Below, piece after piece: positions 51,264 through 61,249 of a DNA stretch of 64,000 nt. The stretch is from assembly GCA_965247435.1 (NCBI GenBank), contig OZ252019.1, forward strand, positions 5,009,586-5,073,585, written 5' to 3'. This DNA is from Ilyomonas sp. GTDB taxonomy: Bacteria > Bacteroidota > Bacteroidia > Chitinophagales > Chitinophagaceae. Made by a program: the position numbers and the translations under genes. Each line of letters opens with the position of its first letter. The first letter of the stretch is position 1. Under the pieces are notes generated by a model. That model was not told where the DNA came from. It saw only the letters and a program-made list of their open reading frames with translations, and searched no databases.

Positions 51264-51815
51264 ATGCGCTCCTTTTCCGTTGTTCTTTTATTTTTTATTC
51301 TATCAGCAGGTTGTAAAAACAGTAACCAGCAGTCATCCGCCGACATTATGAAGGTGGCCTCCAAAGCGCCCGGCCTGAATGCAGGCATCGGCACTTATTC
51401 TATAAAGGCGCCGGACAACTGGATAAAGCAGGATACGACGATGAACGGGATTAAGATTCTTTTTATTTATGCACCGGTTGATCCTGCTGCTTCTTTTCAT
51501 CCCAACCTGAATGTTATCAGCGAAGCGATGGGCGGCTACTCTTATGAGGAGTATATGAAAAAGAACATGCAGACAATGGAGCAATACATTACCGGTTTTC
51601 ATATCATAGATTCCGGAAATATACAGGTAAGCGATATGCAGGGAAGATGGGTACGGTACTCCCAATCTCAAAACGGGCAGGCAGCAGAAAATATATTTTA
51701 TGTGTTGCCCAAGAACGGCATTGCTTACGGACTTACCGCCACTACGCCCAAAGGAGAAATGGATAAATACCGCAGCGATTTCGAAAGCATTGTAAAAACT
51801 TTACAAGTACAATAA
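51264..51815 (+). CDS. Lipoprotein, hypothetical
   Basis: Signal peptide with LSAGC lipobox. Confidence 0.5.
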   Translation: MRSFSVVLLFFILSAGCKNSNQQSSADIMKVASKAPGLNAGIGTYSIKAPDNWIKQDTTMNGIKILFIYAPVDPAASFHPNLNVISEAMGGYSYEEYMKKNMQTMEQYITGFHIIDSGNIQVSDMQGRWVRYSQSQNGQAAENIFYVLPKNGIAYGLTATTPKGEMDKYRSDFESIVKTLQVQ

Positions 51816-51921
51816 CTCCAAACCGGATTGCTTTAAGTGAATACAATTAGTGCGATGGTTATGTTACGCTGGCTTCGTATGCTTTATGTACTGAGTGGAA
51901 GACCCGGTTTAACATAGAAAA

Positions 51922-51943
51922 TGCGAAGTCCGGAGACTTCGCA
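51922..51943. repeat. 22-nt perfect palindrome TGCGAAGTCCGGAGACTTCGCA (second copy)
   Basis: Core GAAGTCCGGAGACTTC is identical to the 40181 copy. Flanking stem bases differ but stay complementary. Confidence 0.5.
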
Positions 51944-51999
51944 CAGTAACAGTTGTGAGCTGATTAAAAAATTTACATGGAATAGCACCTTATTATTAA

Positions 52000-52047
52000 A
52001 GTTCGTTCAAAATAAAAGCCTGCGCTTTATCGAAGCGCAGGCTTTTA
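52000..52047. terminator. Bidirectional terminator (AAAAGCCTGCGCTT-TATCGAA-GCGCAGGCTTTT + T-run)
   Basis: Perfect 13-bp stem between convergent genes (lipoprotein gene and dnaN). Confidence 0.65.
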
Positions 52048-52065
52048 TTTTTTTATGCTCTGTTT

Positions 52066-53181
52066 TTAATTATTCAGCATCAGCGGCATTACCAGCATCA
52101 GCAGGTCTTCACCTTCCTCCTGCTCTATCGGTTTTAAAATGCCCGCCTTGGTGGGCGTTGAAAGCTCTACCCGCACTTCGTCGTTATCTGCAGCATTCAG
52201 CATTTCTATTAAAAATTTAGCATTAAAGGCAATCTGCAAATCTTCGCCATCATACTGGCAGTCCATGCGCTCATTACCTTCAAAACTAAAATCCACGTCC
52301 TGTGCAGCTAACTTCAGCTCGCTGCCCGTAATGCTGAGTGCCACCTGGTTGGTGCTTTTATTACTGAACACATTGATGCGGCGCAGCGCACCCTGAAAGT
52401 CGTTTTTATTAACTACTAATTTGTATGGATTGTCCTGCGGTATTACCACTTTATAGTCGGGAAAACGTGCGTCTATCAGGCGGCAGATCAGTTGCGTGGT
52501 ACCGTGCGTTACAAACAGGTGATTGCTGTTGTAATTAATGGTTATTTCGTCATCCGTGTCGGGCAGGGCATTGCGCAATAAATTCAGGGGTTTTTTGGGT
52601 ACGATAAAGCTATCCGCCTTCGGGCAGCTTACATCGGTGCGCTTGTACCTCACCAGGCGGTGTGCATCGGTCGCTACAAATTGCAGCGCATCTTTAGCCA
52701 GCTCAAAGTAAACGCCGGTCATCGCCGGGCGCAAATCGTCGGAACTTACTGCAAACAACGTCTTATTAATGGCGGTAACGAGTCCGCTGCTCGTCATGGT
52801 AAAGCTGTTGGTATCGTCGGCCACCGGCTCTTTCGGAAAGTTGTCCGGGTTTTCACCCATCACTTTATATTTACCGTTGTCGCTGGTTATTTCCAGGCCG
52901 AAATTCTTATCAATACCGAATGTAAGCGGCTGGTCGGAAATATTTTTAAGTGAGTCTATCAATATCTTGGCAGGTATGCATATCCGGCTGTTTTCATGGC
53001 TTTCCACATCCATCTGCACCCGCATCACCGTTTCCAGGTCGGTGGCTACGATGTTGAGTTTCTTATCGGTTATTTCAAATAAAAAATCCTCTAATATCGG
53101 CAATACGGTATTGGCATTGATAACGCCGCTTATCTGCTGCAGGTGCTTGAGTAAGGAAGAAGAAGACACTATAAATTTCAT
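52066..53181 (-). CDS. dnaN: DNA polymerase III beta sliding clamp
   Basis: MKFIVSSSSLLKHLQQ... three-domain clamp, full-length similarity. Confidence 0.9.
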   Translation of the reverse strand: MKFIVSSSSLLKHLQQISGVINANTVLPILEDFLFEITDKKLNIVATDLETVMRVQMDVESHENSRICIPAKILIDSLKNISDQPLTFGIDKNFGLEITSDNGKYKVMGENPDNFPKEPVADDTNSFTMTSSGLVTAINKTLFAVSSDDLRPAMTGVYFELAKDALQFVATDAHRLVRYKRTDVSCPKADSFIVPKKPLNLLRNALPDTDDEITINYNSNHLFVTHGTTQLICRLIDARFPDYKVVIPQDNPYKLVVNKNDFQGALRRINVFSNKSTNQVALSITGSELKLAAQDVDFSFEGNERMDCQYDGEDLQIAFNAKFLIEMLNAADNDEVRVELSTPTKAGILKPIEQEEGEDLLMLVMPLMLNN

Positions 53182-53466
53182 CGTTAAAAAGTTTAATCGT
53201 TATGTGGTGTTGTAACTGTTTTTGATGTATGGTGCAGGCTGCAATACTACTATTGCGCTTCCGTTGTGTCACTCACTTGTACGCTTTGTACGCTGTTCGG
53301 CAAGGCACACAACCGCAAAAGTAGGCAGCAGCAACAAACCTACTGTAAAATATCAATATTGTTTTTAGAAGTAAAAGGCTGTATACAATTTTATTGGGTA
53401 ATCCTGTAAATCAGATTTGTACTGTTAATTTGTGATGTTAATAAAATTCAGATAAAAAAATTTACT

Positions 53467-53926
53467 ATGGGAGAAGCTGAAATTCATCCTTTTAAACCCT
53501 TTATTCCAGATAAGGCAACTGTATTGATTGTAGGAAGCTTCCCCGGAAAAGAGCAAACTACCGGTGAAAAAAATGATAATCATATGCTGTATATAAAGTT
53601 GAATTAAAAACTGCTGAAGAAAAAAAGGCGCTTTTCAGCGAAAAAGGTATTGGTATTACTGATATTTTATTAAAAATTATACGCAAACAAAGTAATAACC
53701 TTGATAGCAATATTTATATAGAAGAATACAATGACGAAGTAATAAAACTATTACTTCGAAACACTGATTTTAATTCCATTTTTTTTACAAGCAGATTTGT
53801 AGAAAAGCACTTTATAAAACTTTTTCCGGAAGTTGCTAATTCAGAATGTTTACCATCGCCCTCTCCCCGATATGCAAGAATGTCTAAGTCGGAGAAAATC
53901 AATTATTATAAAAACAAATTACCTAA
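53467..53926 (+). pseudogene. DNA-deoxyinosine / uracil-DNA glycosylase-superfamily gene with one frameshift
   Basis: N-terminal ATVLIVGSFPGKE (LxxGSFPG motif) in one frame. After a shift near 53595 (TATAAAG/AAAAA), the C-terminal ...LPSPSPRYARMS (LPSxSPAN-like motif) appears. Its stop overlaps the start of the next gene in ATGA. Confidence 0.5.
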
Positions 53927-54784
53927 ATGATACCCGACAATCAAACCAACTTCCTTTATCTGGCAGATACATTGCCAAAAAATTATCCGGCGTTTTTTAA
54001 ACAGTTTACAACGGTTCTTAATAAGTGTAATATCAACTACGAATTATTGCCGCAAACAAAAGATGTGTGGGCAGTTGATTATATGCCTGTTCAAACAGAA
54101 GAAGAAAAATTTATTCAGTTTGTTTACAATCCTGATTATTTGCGCGATACAAAAAAATGGAGCAAAACAATTTCAGACGTTGATGCTATCTGTAAAGCAA
54201 TAAACATTTTACCCCAAAAATCAAGCATATTGCTCGATGGAGGAAATGTTGTAAAAACAACCGGCAAAGTAATAATGTGTGATAAGATATTTAAAGAAAA
54301 TCCTGCAGTACAAGAGAAGGATTTAATTAAACAACTTCAACATTTATTTCAGGTTGACAAACTGATTTTTATTCCAACCCAAAAACGGTCAATTGATTAT
54401 ACAGGACATGCAGACGGAATGATTCGTTTTTATGATGATAATACAGTGCTGATAAATGCTTTTTCGGAAGAAGATAAAGACTTCAAATTACAACTTTTAA
54501 TAGCGTTACATAACGCCGGACTTGAGTATATTGAAATTCCGTACAATCCATACAACAATAAGAAGGATGAGCATGCAAATGGTATCTACATTAACTTTCT
54601 TCAAATGCAGCAGGCAATAATTTTGCCTACGTTTGGCATGAAGGAAGATGATGACGTTGTAAAACAATTTGAACAACTTTTTAAAGGGCAAAAAATTGAA
54701 ACGGTAAATGGAAATGACATTGCTTATGATGGAGGAATTTTAAATTGTATAACATGGAATATTAAAGTTGCAAATCTTAAATAA
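53927..54784 (+). CDS. Agmatine deiminase / porphyranase-type amidinotransferase-superfamily protein
   Basis: 285 aa with the conserved WAVDYMP and C-terminal ...GGILNCITW (catalytic Cys) of agmatine/peptidyl-arginine deiminase-like enzymes. Confidence 0.6.
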   Translation: MIPDNQTNFLYLADTLPKNYPAFFKQFTTVLNKCNINYELLPQTKDVWAVDYMPVQTEEEKFIQFVYNPDYLRDTKKWSKTISDVDAICKAINILPQKSSILLDGGNVVKTTGKVIMCDKIFKENPAVQEKDLIKQLQHLFQVDKLIFIPTQKRSIDYTGHADGMIRFYDDNTVLINAFSEEDKDFKLQLLIALHNAGLEYIEIPYNPYNNKKDEHANGIYINFLQMQQAIILPTFGMKEDDDVVKQFEQLFKGQKIETVNGNDIAYDGGILNCITWNIKVANLK

Positions 54785-54821
54785 CATAAAACCATTCGCT
54801 CTTTACAAATATTAACTTCTA

Positions 54822-55439
54822 ATGACTTACCTCATTTTAGTGCGCCACGGCCAGTCGGTCTGGAACCTCGAAAACCGCTTTACCGGCGATACAGATGTTG
54901 ATCTTACAAGCCAGGGGCGTGAAGAGGCGCGGCTTACCGGCAATAAGCTTAAAAATAAAAATATTTCATTTGAAGCTGCCTTCACCTCCCTGCTCCGGCG
55001 GGCGCAGGAAACACTGGATATTATTTTGAAAGAAATTAATCAGCCCGGCATAAAACTGTACAAAGATGCCGCACTGAACGAGCGCAGTTATGGCAGGCTG
55101 CAAGGCCTGAACAAAGCAGAAATGGCGGAGAAATATGGCGCTAACCAGGTACAGTTGTGGCGCCGCAGCTTTGACGAAGTGCCGCCCGGCGGCGAGAGCC
55201 TGCGCCAAACGCAGGAGCGCGTATTGCCGTATTATTACGGGCACATAGAACCCATGCTGAAAGAGGAACAAAACGTAATGATAGTGGCACACGGCAACAG
55301 CCTTCGCGCCCTGATGATGCACCTCGAAGGCATAAGCGAACATGCGATTACGCAAACGGATATTCCTACCGGCGTACCGCGCCTATATACTTTTAACGGA
55401 CAGCTTGAATTAGTTAGTGCCGGCTATATTGCCGAATGA
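54822..55439 (+). CDS. gpmA: 2,3-bisphosphoglycerate-dependent phosphoglycerate mutase
   Basis: LVRHGQSVWNLENRFTG histidine-phosphatase motif. Confidence 0.85.
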   Translation: MTYLILVRHGQSVWNLENRFTGDTDVDLTSQGREEARLTGNKLKNKNISFEAAFTSLLRRAQETLDIILKEINQPGIKLYKDAALNERSYGRLQGLNKAEMAEKYGANQVQLWRRSFDEVPPGGESLRQTQERVLPYYYGHIEPMLKEEQNVMIVAHGNSLRALMMHLEGISEHAITQTDIPTGVPRLYTFNGQLELVSAGYIAE

Positions 55440-55498
55440 TGTAATCAGCACAGGGCTTTAAACAATGGCAATTTGTTGATAACCTTGCACAAAGGCAA

Positions 55499-55936
55499 CT
55501 AATTTTTTGCAGCTATTCCTTTACCTGCTTTTTTTAATGCTTTTGTGCTCCACTGTACTATTTGCGCCAGCAGTGCATACGTAAGTATTTCGTGGTCGGG
55601 CGCATGGGCAATTACTTTTGTTATTTTTTTCACGGCGCCTGCGTCGTTTACAACCACCGGAAAAGGAATTGGTATTTCCTGCAGGTGCTCCGGATGAATG
55701 CCATACAGCTCCTCTCCTTTTTGCAAACTGAATGCTGTGCCGCTAAGCTTTTCTATTTCTTTTACCAGCGGCTGCAGGCTGTTTACCAGCAATGCATTCA
55801 TTACCTGTTTGTGCTCCGGACCTTCGTATTCCAACTGCTCCATGCACCATTCCAACTGCTCCTTTTCGCTTACAAATTTCTTCAGGAATTTTTCCGTGTT
55901 TCCTGCCAGCGCTGCCACGCTTTTCTTTTTTGCCAT
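55499..55936 (-). CDS. Hypothetical protein
   Basis: Start at MAKKKS. No recognised motif. Confidence 0.4.
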   Translation of the reverse strand: MAKKKSVAALAGNTEKFLKKFVSEKEQLEWCMEQLEYEGPEHKQVMNALLVNSLQPLVKEIEKLSGTAFSLQKGEELYGIHPEHLQEIPIPFPVVVNDAGAVKKITKVIAHAPDHEILTYALLAQIVQWSTKALKKAGKGIAAKN

Positions 55937-56127
55937 AATTGTAAAATTTAGACTGCAAAGATGCAAAAGATGTTTAAAGTTTAAGGTCTAAAGTTACTAT
56001 AGATAAAGTGAGGTAATGCCGGTAATAATAAATTACAACGGAGTAAAGAATACAAGAAGTGAAGCATCAGTTTCAACGCATGTTCTTCAGGCAGCTTCTA
56101 TTCTTTGCGTCTTTGCGGCTAAAAAAT

Positions 56128-57939
56128 TTACTGCTGCTTTGCCTTCTGTTCATAAAATGCTCTTAATACATAAAACGCTTTTTTCTTTTGCCCGCTTTCA
56201 CTAATCAGCCCTTTACGGTTCCAGTACATCTGGTACGTTGGATTCAATCTTTTAGGCGAGCGGAAGTCGGCCAGTATCCACGGCGTTATGCCTTGCAGGC
56301 CATCTATTTTATTGATGAGTTGCAATTGATTTTTATAAAAAGATTCCTGGTATTCTTCGGAGAAACGCACGGTAGAATCGGCATGAAAGCCGCCCAATGC
56401 ATCGCCGCCTACTTCACTGATGATAACCGGTTTGTTGTAATCAATTTTAAAATTGAATTTACCGATTTCCCAGGGCATTTCTTTACTGTACCAGCCATAA
56501 TACTCATTAAAGGAAGCAACATCCAGCTTGTTGCCCAACGGGTCATTTACCACAATATTGTTGTTGCTTACACTGCTCGTAAGCAGCGCGGCGGATACCA
56601 GCCTTGTGCTGTCTGTTGCATGCACATAACCGGCCAGGCCTTCCATAAACTGTTCGCGGTCGCTGTTGTTGGGCGTTTCGTTGCCAATGCTCCAGATGAT
56701 AACGCTGGCGCGGTTTTTATCGCGGGTTATCAATTCCGAAAGCTGGTGCTGTGCGTTGTTGTAGGTATTTGGATTTGTCCAGTCTATCGTCCAATAGACC
56801 GGTACTTCTTCCCACAACAGCAAGCCGATACTATCGGCAATGCGACTCATGTTTTCGTCGTGCGGATAATGGGCGAGGCGGGCGAAATTGCAGTTTAAAT
56901 CTTTAGCCCAATGCAACAGCATTTGCAGATCGCTGATGCCGCGCGGCCTGCCGGGAATCAACGGGTTTTCTGCATGAATACAGATGCCGCGCAGGAAGAG
57001 AGGCTTGCCATTCAGCAGGATCGTTTTGTCCCGCGTTTCAATCGTGCGGAAACCGATTTTATCCGTTACAGTATCTGTTGCAGCAGAAATAGTAACATCG
57101 TATAACTTAGGATTTTCGGGTTGCCAGTAAGTAAGGTTTTTTATGGGTAACCTGATAAATGCCTTACCGCTATTATCAGTAGTAACTGTGGTTTGCAAAC
57201 GGGCTTCGGGTATATTAATGCGGATGCTTTGCGAAGCAACGGAATCGCTTAGTTGCACATAACCGGTAATGCTTTTTAAATCGCCCCTCGCCAGTTGTAT
57301 TTTATAATCGCTGATGTAGGCAGCAGGCAACGTTGCAAGCACTACGTCCCGGGTAATGCCGCCATAATTCCACCAGTCGAAATTGTCTGTTGGCACCGCT
57401 TCTTTTTTACGGGTGTTGTCCACTTTTATAACGATGGAGTTGTTCCCGTTTTTCAAAAGCCTTGTTACATCAAACTCGAAAGGTGTAAAGCCGCCGATGT
57501 GCGTGCCCGCCTTTTTACCATTTACCGAAACATAGGCTTCGTAGTTCACGGCGCCAAAGCGCAGGATGTACTTTTTGCCTTCCTGCGGCTGTACGTAAAA
57601 ATCGCGCTGGTACCAGATAGTGCCTTCATAAAATAAGAGTTCTGCGCTTTGCGAATTCCAGTCGCCGGGCACGATCAGCGTAGGCGATTTTGCAAAGTCG
57701 TATTCTACCAGCTCGCCCGGACTTTGCTGCTGTTTGTTTTCAAAAAAACCGGACAAGCCATGCTCATCGGCAGTGCCGCCCTGGTAGCCGCGAAAGCCGC
57801 TTTCGTACCGGTCTATAATGTAATGCCAGCGCCCGTTGAGGCTTATGGAAGCGCGTGCGTTGATGTTTTGAAGAAGATTGGTTTGTGCATCAATGAACTG
57901 GAATGATAAGAGGAGAAAAAACAGGTGAATTATTTTCAT
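56128..57939 (-). CDS. Glycoside hydrolase family 2 (beta-galactosidase/beta-glucuronidase-like), secreted
   Basis: Signal peptide (start at MKIIHLFF), GH2 sugar-binding, Ig-like and TIM-barrel regions (NEY acid/base, WSIGNE nucleophile region). Confidence 0.8.
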   Translation of the reverse strand: MKIIHLFFLLLSFQFIDAQTNLLQNINARASISLNGRWHYIIDRYESGFRGYQGGTADEHGLSGFFENKQQQSPGELVEYDFAKSPTLIVPGDWNSQSAELLFYEGTIWYQRDFYVQPQEGKKYILRFGAVNYEAYVSVNGKKAGTHIGGFTPFEFDVTRLLKNGNNSIVIKVDNTRKKEAVPTDNFDWWNYGGITRDVVLATLPAAYISDYKIQLARGDLKSITGYVQLSDSVASQSIRINIPEARLQTTVTTDNSGKAFIRLPIKNLTYWQPENPKLYDVTISAATDTVTDKIGFRTIETRDKTILLNGKPLFLRGICIHAENPLIPGRPRGISDLQMLLHWAKDLNCNFARLAHYPHDENMSRIADSIGLLLWEEVPVYWTIDWTNPNTYNNAQHQLSELITRDKNRASVIIWSIGNETPNNSDREQFMEGLAGYVHATDSTRLVSAALLTSSVSNNNIVVNDPLGNKLDVASFNEYYGWYSKEMPWEIGKFNFKIDYNKPVIISEVGGDALGGFHADSTVRFSEEYQESFYKNQLQLINKIDGLQGITPWILADFRSPKRLNPTYQMYWNRKGLISESGQKKKAFYVLRAFYEQKAKQQ

Positions 57940-58223
57940 AGTAGCGGTAATTGGTGTGTTACGGAATCGCAAGTTTAGTGGTTTTTCTCCGCACTGCTAT
58001 TATTATATGATTTAAGAGCGTACGGGCTTTTCTTCCGCCAGTCAGCCCCCTTTCCTATCACTTCGTTTTGTTTTTGTGGCGACTTTGTTTTCGGTAATGA
58101 CTACCCTTGAAAATAACAGAGATTTACCTCACAGGTTTTATAGCTACTTAATTTCAAATTGAATAACTGCTTTGTTTTCCGGTATTTTCTCTTTGTGTTT
58201 CCATTTTTCTAAAATGGAATGCA

Positions 58224-58832
58224 TCATTCCTGGTTTACTATTGTTCTGAAGGTTAAGTTGATTCTCGGGTGATTTACTTTTTTAGATGGCGGCAGGCGAT
58301 GTAGCCAGTTGGTTTGCGTAGCTCCTTTCATTACCAGTAAACTACCATGCTCCAACATCAGCGAAACTACTTCGCCGGTCTTCTTATGTTTGAAAGCAAA
58401 TTTTCTTTCTGCACCAAAGCTCAGTGAAGCAATAGCTGCACCTTTTGCTAATGTTTTTTCATCGTCGCTGTGCCATGCCATCCCTTCATTGCCATCATGA
58501 TAAAGGTTAAGTAAACACGAGTTATAGGTAGCGCCGGTAAGCGTTTCTGCTACCTGTTTAAGACGAAGCAATGCTGCCGTCCAGGGCAATGCCTGTTTGG
58601 TGATATTGGAGTACGTATATGTGTAAGCCGCATCAGCATACCAGGCTGCTTTACGTTTGGTAATGATGTGTTTGCCAAAGATTACCGCTTCATCGTTTTT
58701 CCATTCGATACTATTCAGTAAGCTATCGAAATAACCGGCTGCTTCCGGGTGGTTTAAAATCTTTCCAAAGTAATTAACCACGCCATCGGATGGCAATACA
58801 TTAGCTGTTGCTTCGGGCGCGAATAAGTTCAT
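58224..58832 (-). CDS. alkB: Alpha-ketoglutarate/Fe(II)-dependent dioxygenase AlkB
   Basis: HxD...H 2OG-oxygenase motifs (WHSDDE...), about 200 aa. Confidence 0.8.
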   Translation of the reverse strand: MNLFAPEATANVLPSDGVVNYFGKILNHPEAAGYFDSLLNSIEWKNDEAVIFGKHIITKRKAAWYADAAYTYTYSNITKQALPWTAALLRLKQVAETLTGATYNSCLLNLYHDGNEGMAWHSDDEKTLAKGAAIASLSFGAERKFAFKHKKTGEVVSLMLEHGSLLVMKGATQTNWLHRLPPSKKVNHPRINLTFRTIVNQE

Positions 58833-59064
58833 TTTTCCATTGTTTATAGTTGTCTTTCATGCAGTGCGCACAAGGGCGGAAACTGCAGTGCAAAGCTTCT
58901 TTTTCTGATCGAAAAAAAACACGGTTTTCTCTCTTCATCTTTTTACCCGAGACACAACCAAGTGTGCCATAAATCTTAAGTTTATTATTACCCGCAAAGC
59001 AAATTGTATGCTGGTGGATTTGCCTCCACAATTCTTTATCTGTAAGGTTGCTGTGTTGTATCAA
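58801..59064 (-). CDS. Stand-alone Ada metal-binding (Zn) domain protein
   Basis: FRPCAHC plus upstream Cys ligands (GTLGCVSGK..., HCS) of the Ada N-terminal Zn domain. Overlaps the alkB start. Confidence 0.6.
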   Translation of the reverse strand: MIQHSNLTDKELWRQIHQHTICFAGNNKLKIYGTLGCVSGKKMKRENRVFFRSEKEALHCSFRPCAHCMKDNYKQWKNELIRARSNS

Positions 59065-59181
59065 TGGAATTAATTAATCAGTAACAATAAATATATCCAT
59101 AGCCTGTAAAGAAGGCAAAATAATGCTGACCGTTTTAATAGTTTATAACCTGACTGTTGAATGATCAATCTATAATAAGCG

Positions 59182-60039
59182 CTATTCTGTAACTGCATCT
59201 GCAAGTGTACGCGCCGCTTCCCAGCCAATTATAGCGGTCTTCCGAATACTGCCCCAATGATAGCCGCCGAAAACGCCGCCCGACTGGATAACGCGATGGC
59301 AGGGAATTAAAAAGGCAACCGGGTTGCTGCCGATAGCGGTACCCACAGCGCGGGAAGCGTTCGGGCTTTGGATGCGCTGTGCAATGTCTCCGTATGTTGA
59401 CAAACCGCCCATTGGAATTTTCAGCAACGTTTCCCATACTTTTAGCTGGAACGGCGTACCCTTGAGGTGCAGCTTTATTTCGCTAAGCCTGCTCCAGTCG
59501 TGCGTAAAAATATACAGCACATTTTGCTGGGCAAGATCAACCATTTGTTTATAAACAGCATTGGGAAATGTTATTTGCAGTGCCTGCAGCGCCGGCGCTT
59601 CCTCATCGGCAAAAGAAATATAACAGATGCCTTTTGGTGTAGAAGCTACCAGCAGCATACCAAACGGGCTTTCGGCAAAGCTGTAATGGATAGCCAGGTT
59701 TTCGCCACCGTTTTTATACTCGCCGGGTGTCATGCCTTCGATGCTGATAAACAAATCGTGCAGCCGCCCGGTGCCCGACAGGCCGGTTTCCAAAGCGGCG
59801 TCAAACAACGTTGCTCCCTGGTTTTTCAGCAGTTTCTTTGCATGTGCTACCGTAATATATTGCAGAAATTTTTTAGGACTTACGCCTGCCCAGTCGGTAA
59901 ATAATTTTTGAAAATGAAACGGGCTGATGTTCAGGTTCATTGCTATTTCGCCGAGGCCGGGCTGCGTTTTAAAATTGTTTTGTATATAGCTGATGGCTGC
60001 TGCAATACGGTTGTAATTGGTTGCTTCCTGCACGTTCAT
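59182..60039 (-). CDS. ada: AraC-type HTH fused to O6-methylguanine-DNA methyltransferase (Ada regulatory/repair protein)
   Basis: N-terminal AraC HTH; C-terminal MGMT active site IPCHRV. Confidence 0.8.
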   Translation of the reverse strand: MNVQEATNYNRIAAAISYIQNNFKTQPGLGEIAMNLNISPFHFQKLFTDWAGVSPKKFLQYITVAHAKKLLKNQGATLFDAALETGLSGTGRLHDLFISIEGMTPGEYKNGGENLAIHYSFAESPFGMLLVASTPKGICYISFADEEAPALQALQITFPNAVYKQMVDLAQQNVLYIFTHDWSRLSEIKLHLKGTPFQLKVWETLLKIPMGGLSTYGDIAQRIQSPNASRAVGTAIGSNPVAFLIPCHRVIQSGGVFGGYHWGSIRKTAIIGWEAARTLADAVTE

Positions 60040-60202
60040 AGTTGCTGTGTTTAATTATACAAAAGTAAAAGCCGCCACCGCGCACAGCAACCCGAAACTT
60101 GCGGAGTTTAAAGAAATATTTATTGACTCAGAAACTATACCGAATGGAATTTCATTTTACTCCAAAGTTACTTGTCTTGCAAACAGCAGTTTCAGTGCCG
60201 TT

Positions 60203-60226
60203 GGTGGCGTCCCCGCCATTAAACAG
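60203..60226. repeat. 24-bp GC-rich repeat GGTGGCGTCCCCGCCATTAAACAG (left copy of an inverted pair bracketing gldF)
   Basis: Reverse complement present at 61226-61249 (21/24 identical). Each copy is itself a small hairpin (TGGCG-TCCC-CGCCA). Confidence 0.5.
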
Positions 60227-60359
60227 CAATTGCTGGTGTAACGCCGGTAATTATTTTTAAAGAGCCTTCAAGAATTTTTTAAAACGATAAATACATCACA
60301 CCATTTGTTGCCGATCGTCGTTTGTATAACGAAGGTGTAATAATCTTAGCTTTGGCGCT

Positions 60360-61082
60360 ATGTGGATGATTTGCAAAAAAGAATGGCTGCAGTTTTTCAG
60401 CAGTCTTACCGGCTATATAGCACTGGTTATTTTCCTGCTGCTCACCGGCTTGTTCCTCTTTGTTTTTCCTGATACAGACCTGCTCACTTTTGGTTATGCA
60501 ACGCTTGGCGGCTATTTTAATTTAGCGCCCTGGATATTATTATTCCTGGTTCCCACCATTACCATGCGCAGCTTTGCCGATGAGTACCGGGGCGGCACTT
60601 TTGAACTGCTGAAAACGATGCCGCTGACGCCATCACAAATTGTATGGGGCAAATATTTCGGCGCCCTGTTAGTGGTAGCGTTAGCCTTGTTGCCAACAGT
60701 TATTTATGCAGTGTCCATCCAGCAATTGAGCGCTGTAGGCGGCATAGACGCAGGCGCTACCGCAGGCAGCTATATCGGCCTGCTGTTGTTGGGCGCTGTG
60801 TTTACGGCAGCCGGTATTTGCACCAGCAGTTTTACCGGCAATACCGTGGTTGCGTTTATCACCGGCGCTTTCGTTTGCTTTATTTTATACACCGGTTTCC
60901 AGGCCATTAGCCGCTTGCCCGTGTTTGCTGCAGGGCCGGATTATTATATAGAAATGTTGGGTATTAATTTTCACTACAACAGCATCAGCCGCGGCGTGAT
61001 AGACCTGCGGGATATTATTTATTTTATTGGAATAATTGTATTGTTTTTATGGATAACACAACGAAACCTGATAAAACGCTAA
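60360..61082 (+). CDS. gldF: Gliding-motility ABC transporter permease GldF
   Basis: ABC-2 permease with the characteristic GldF N-terminus (KKEWLQFFSS..GYIALVIFLLLTGLFL...LAPWILLFLVPTITMRSFADE). Confidence 0.75.
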   Translation: MWMICKKEWLQFFSSLTGYIALVIFLLLTGLFLFVFPDTDLLTFGYATLGGYFNLAPWILLFLVPTITMRSFADEYRGGTFELLKTMPLTPSQIVWGKYFGALLVVALALLPTVIYAVSIQQLSAVGGIDAGATAGSYIGLLLLGAVFTAAGICTSSFTGNTVVAFITGAFVCFILYTGFQAISRLPVFAAGPDYYIEMLGINFHYNSISRGVIDLRDIIYFIGIIVLFLWITQRNLIKR

Positions 61083-61225
61083 TGACCGGTTTAATAGCCG
61101 CAGATAAAATGCCGCAGCGATAGCAAAGCGGCAGGCAAACCTTTCTTTAGCTTGCAGCAGGTTCAGATTGCCGGCCATGCCCCATACAATTAGCCTGTAG
61201 TAATAAGCAAGAATTACCCGGAATA

Positions 61226-61249
61226 CCGTTTGATGGCGGGGACGCCATC
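61226..61249. repeat. Right, inverted copy of the 24-bp repeat (CCGTTTGATGGCGGGGACGCCATC)
   Basis: Reverse complement of 60203-60226. Confidence 0.5.

Noticed and set aside
53182-53466. Replication origin next to dnaN
   Set aside because: No clear DnaA-box clusters (TTATCCACA-like) seen. dnaA is not adjacent.
53714-53902. 62-aa minus-strand ORF
   Set aside because: Antisense to the C-terminal half of the frameshifted glycosylase gene.
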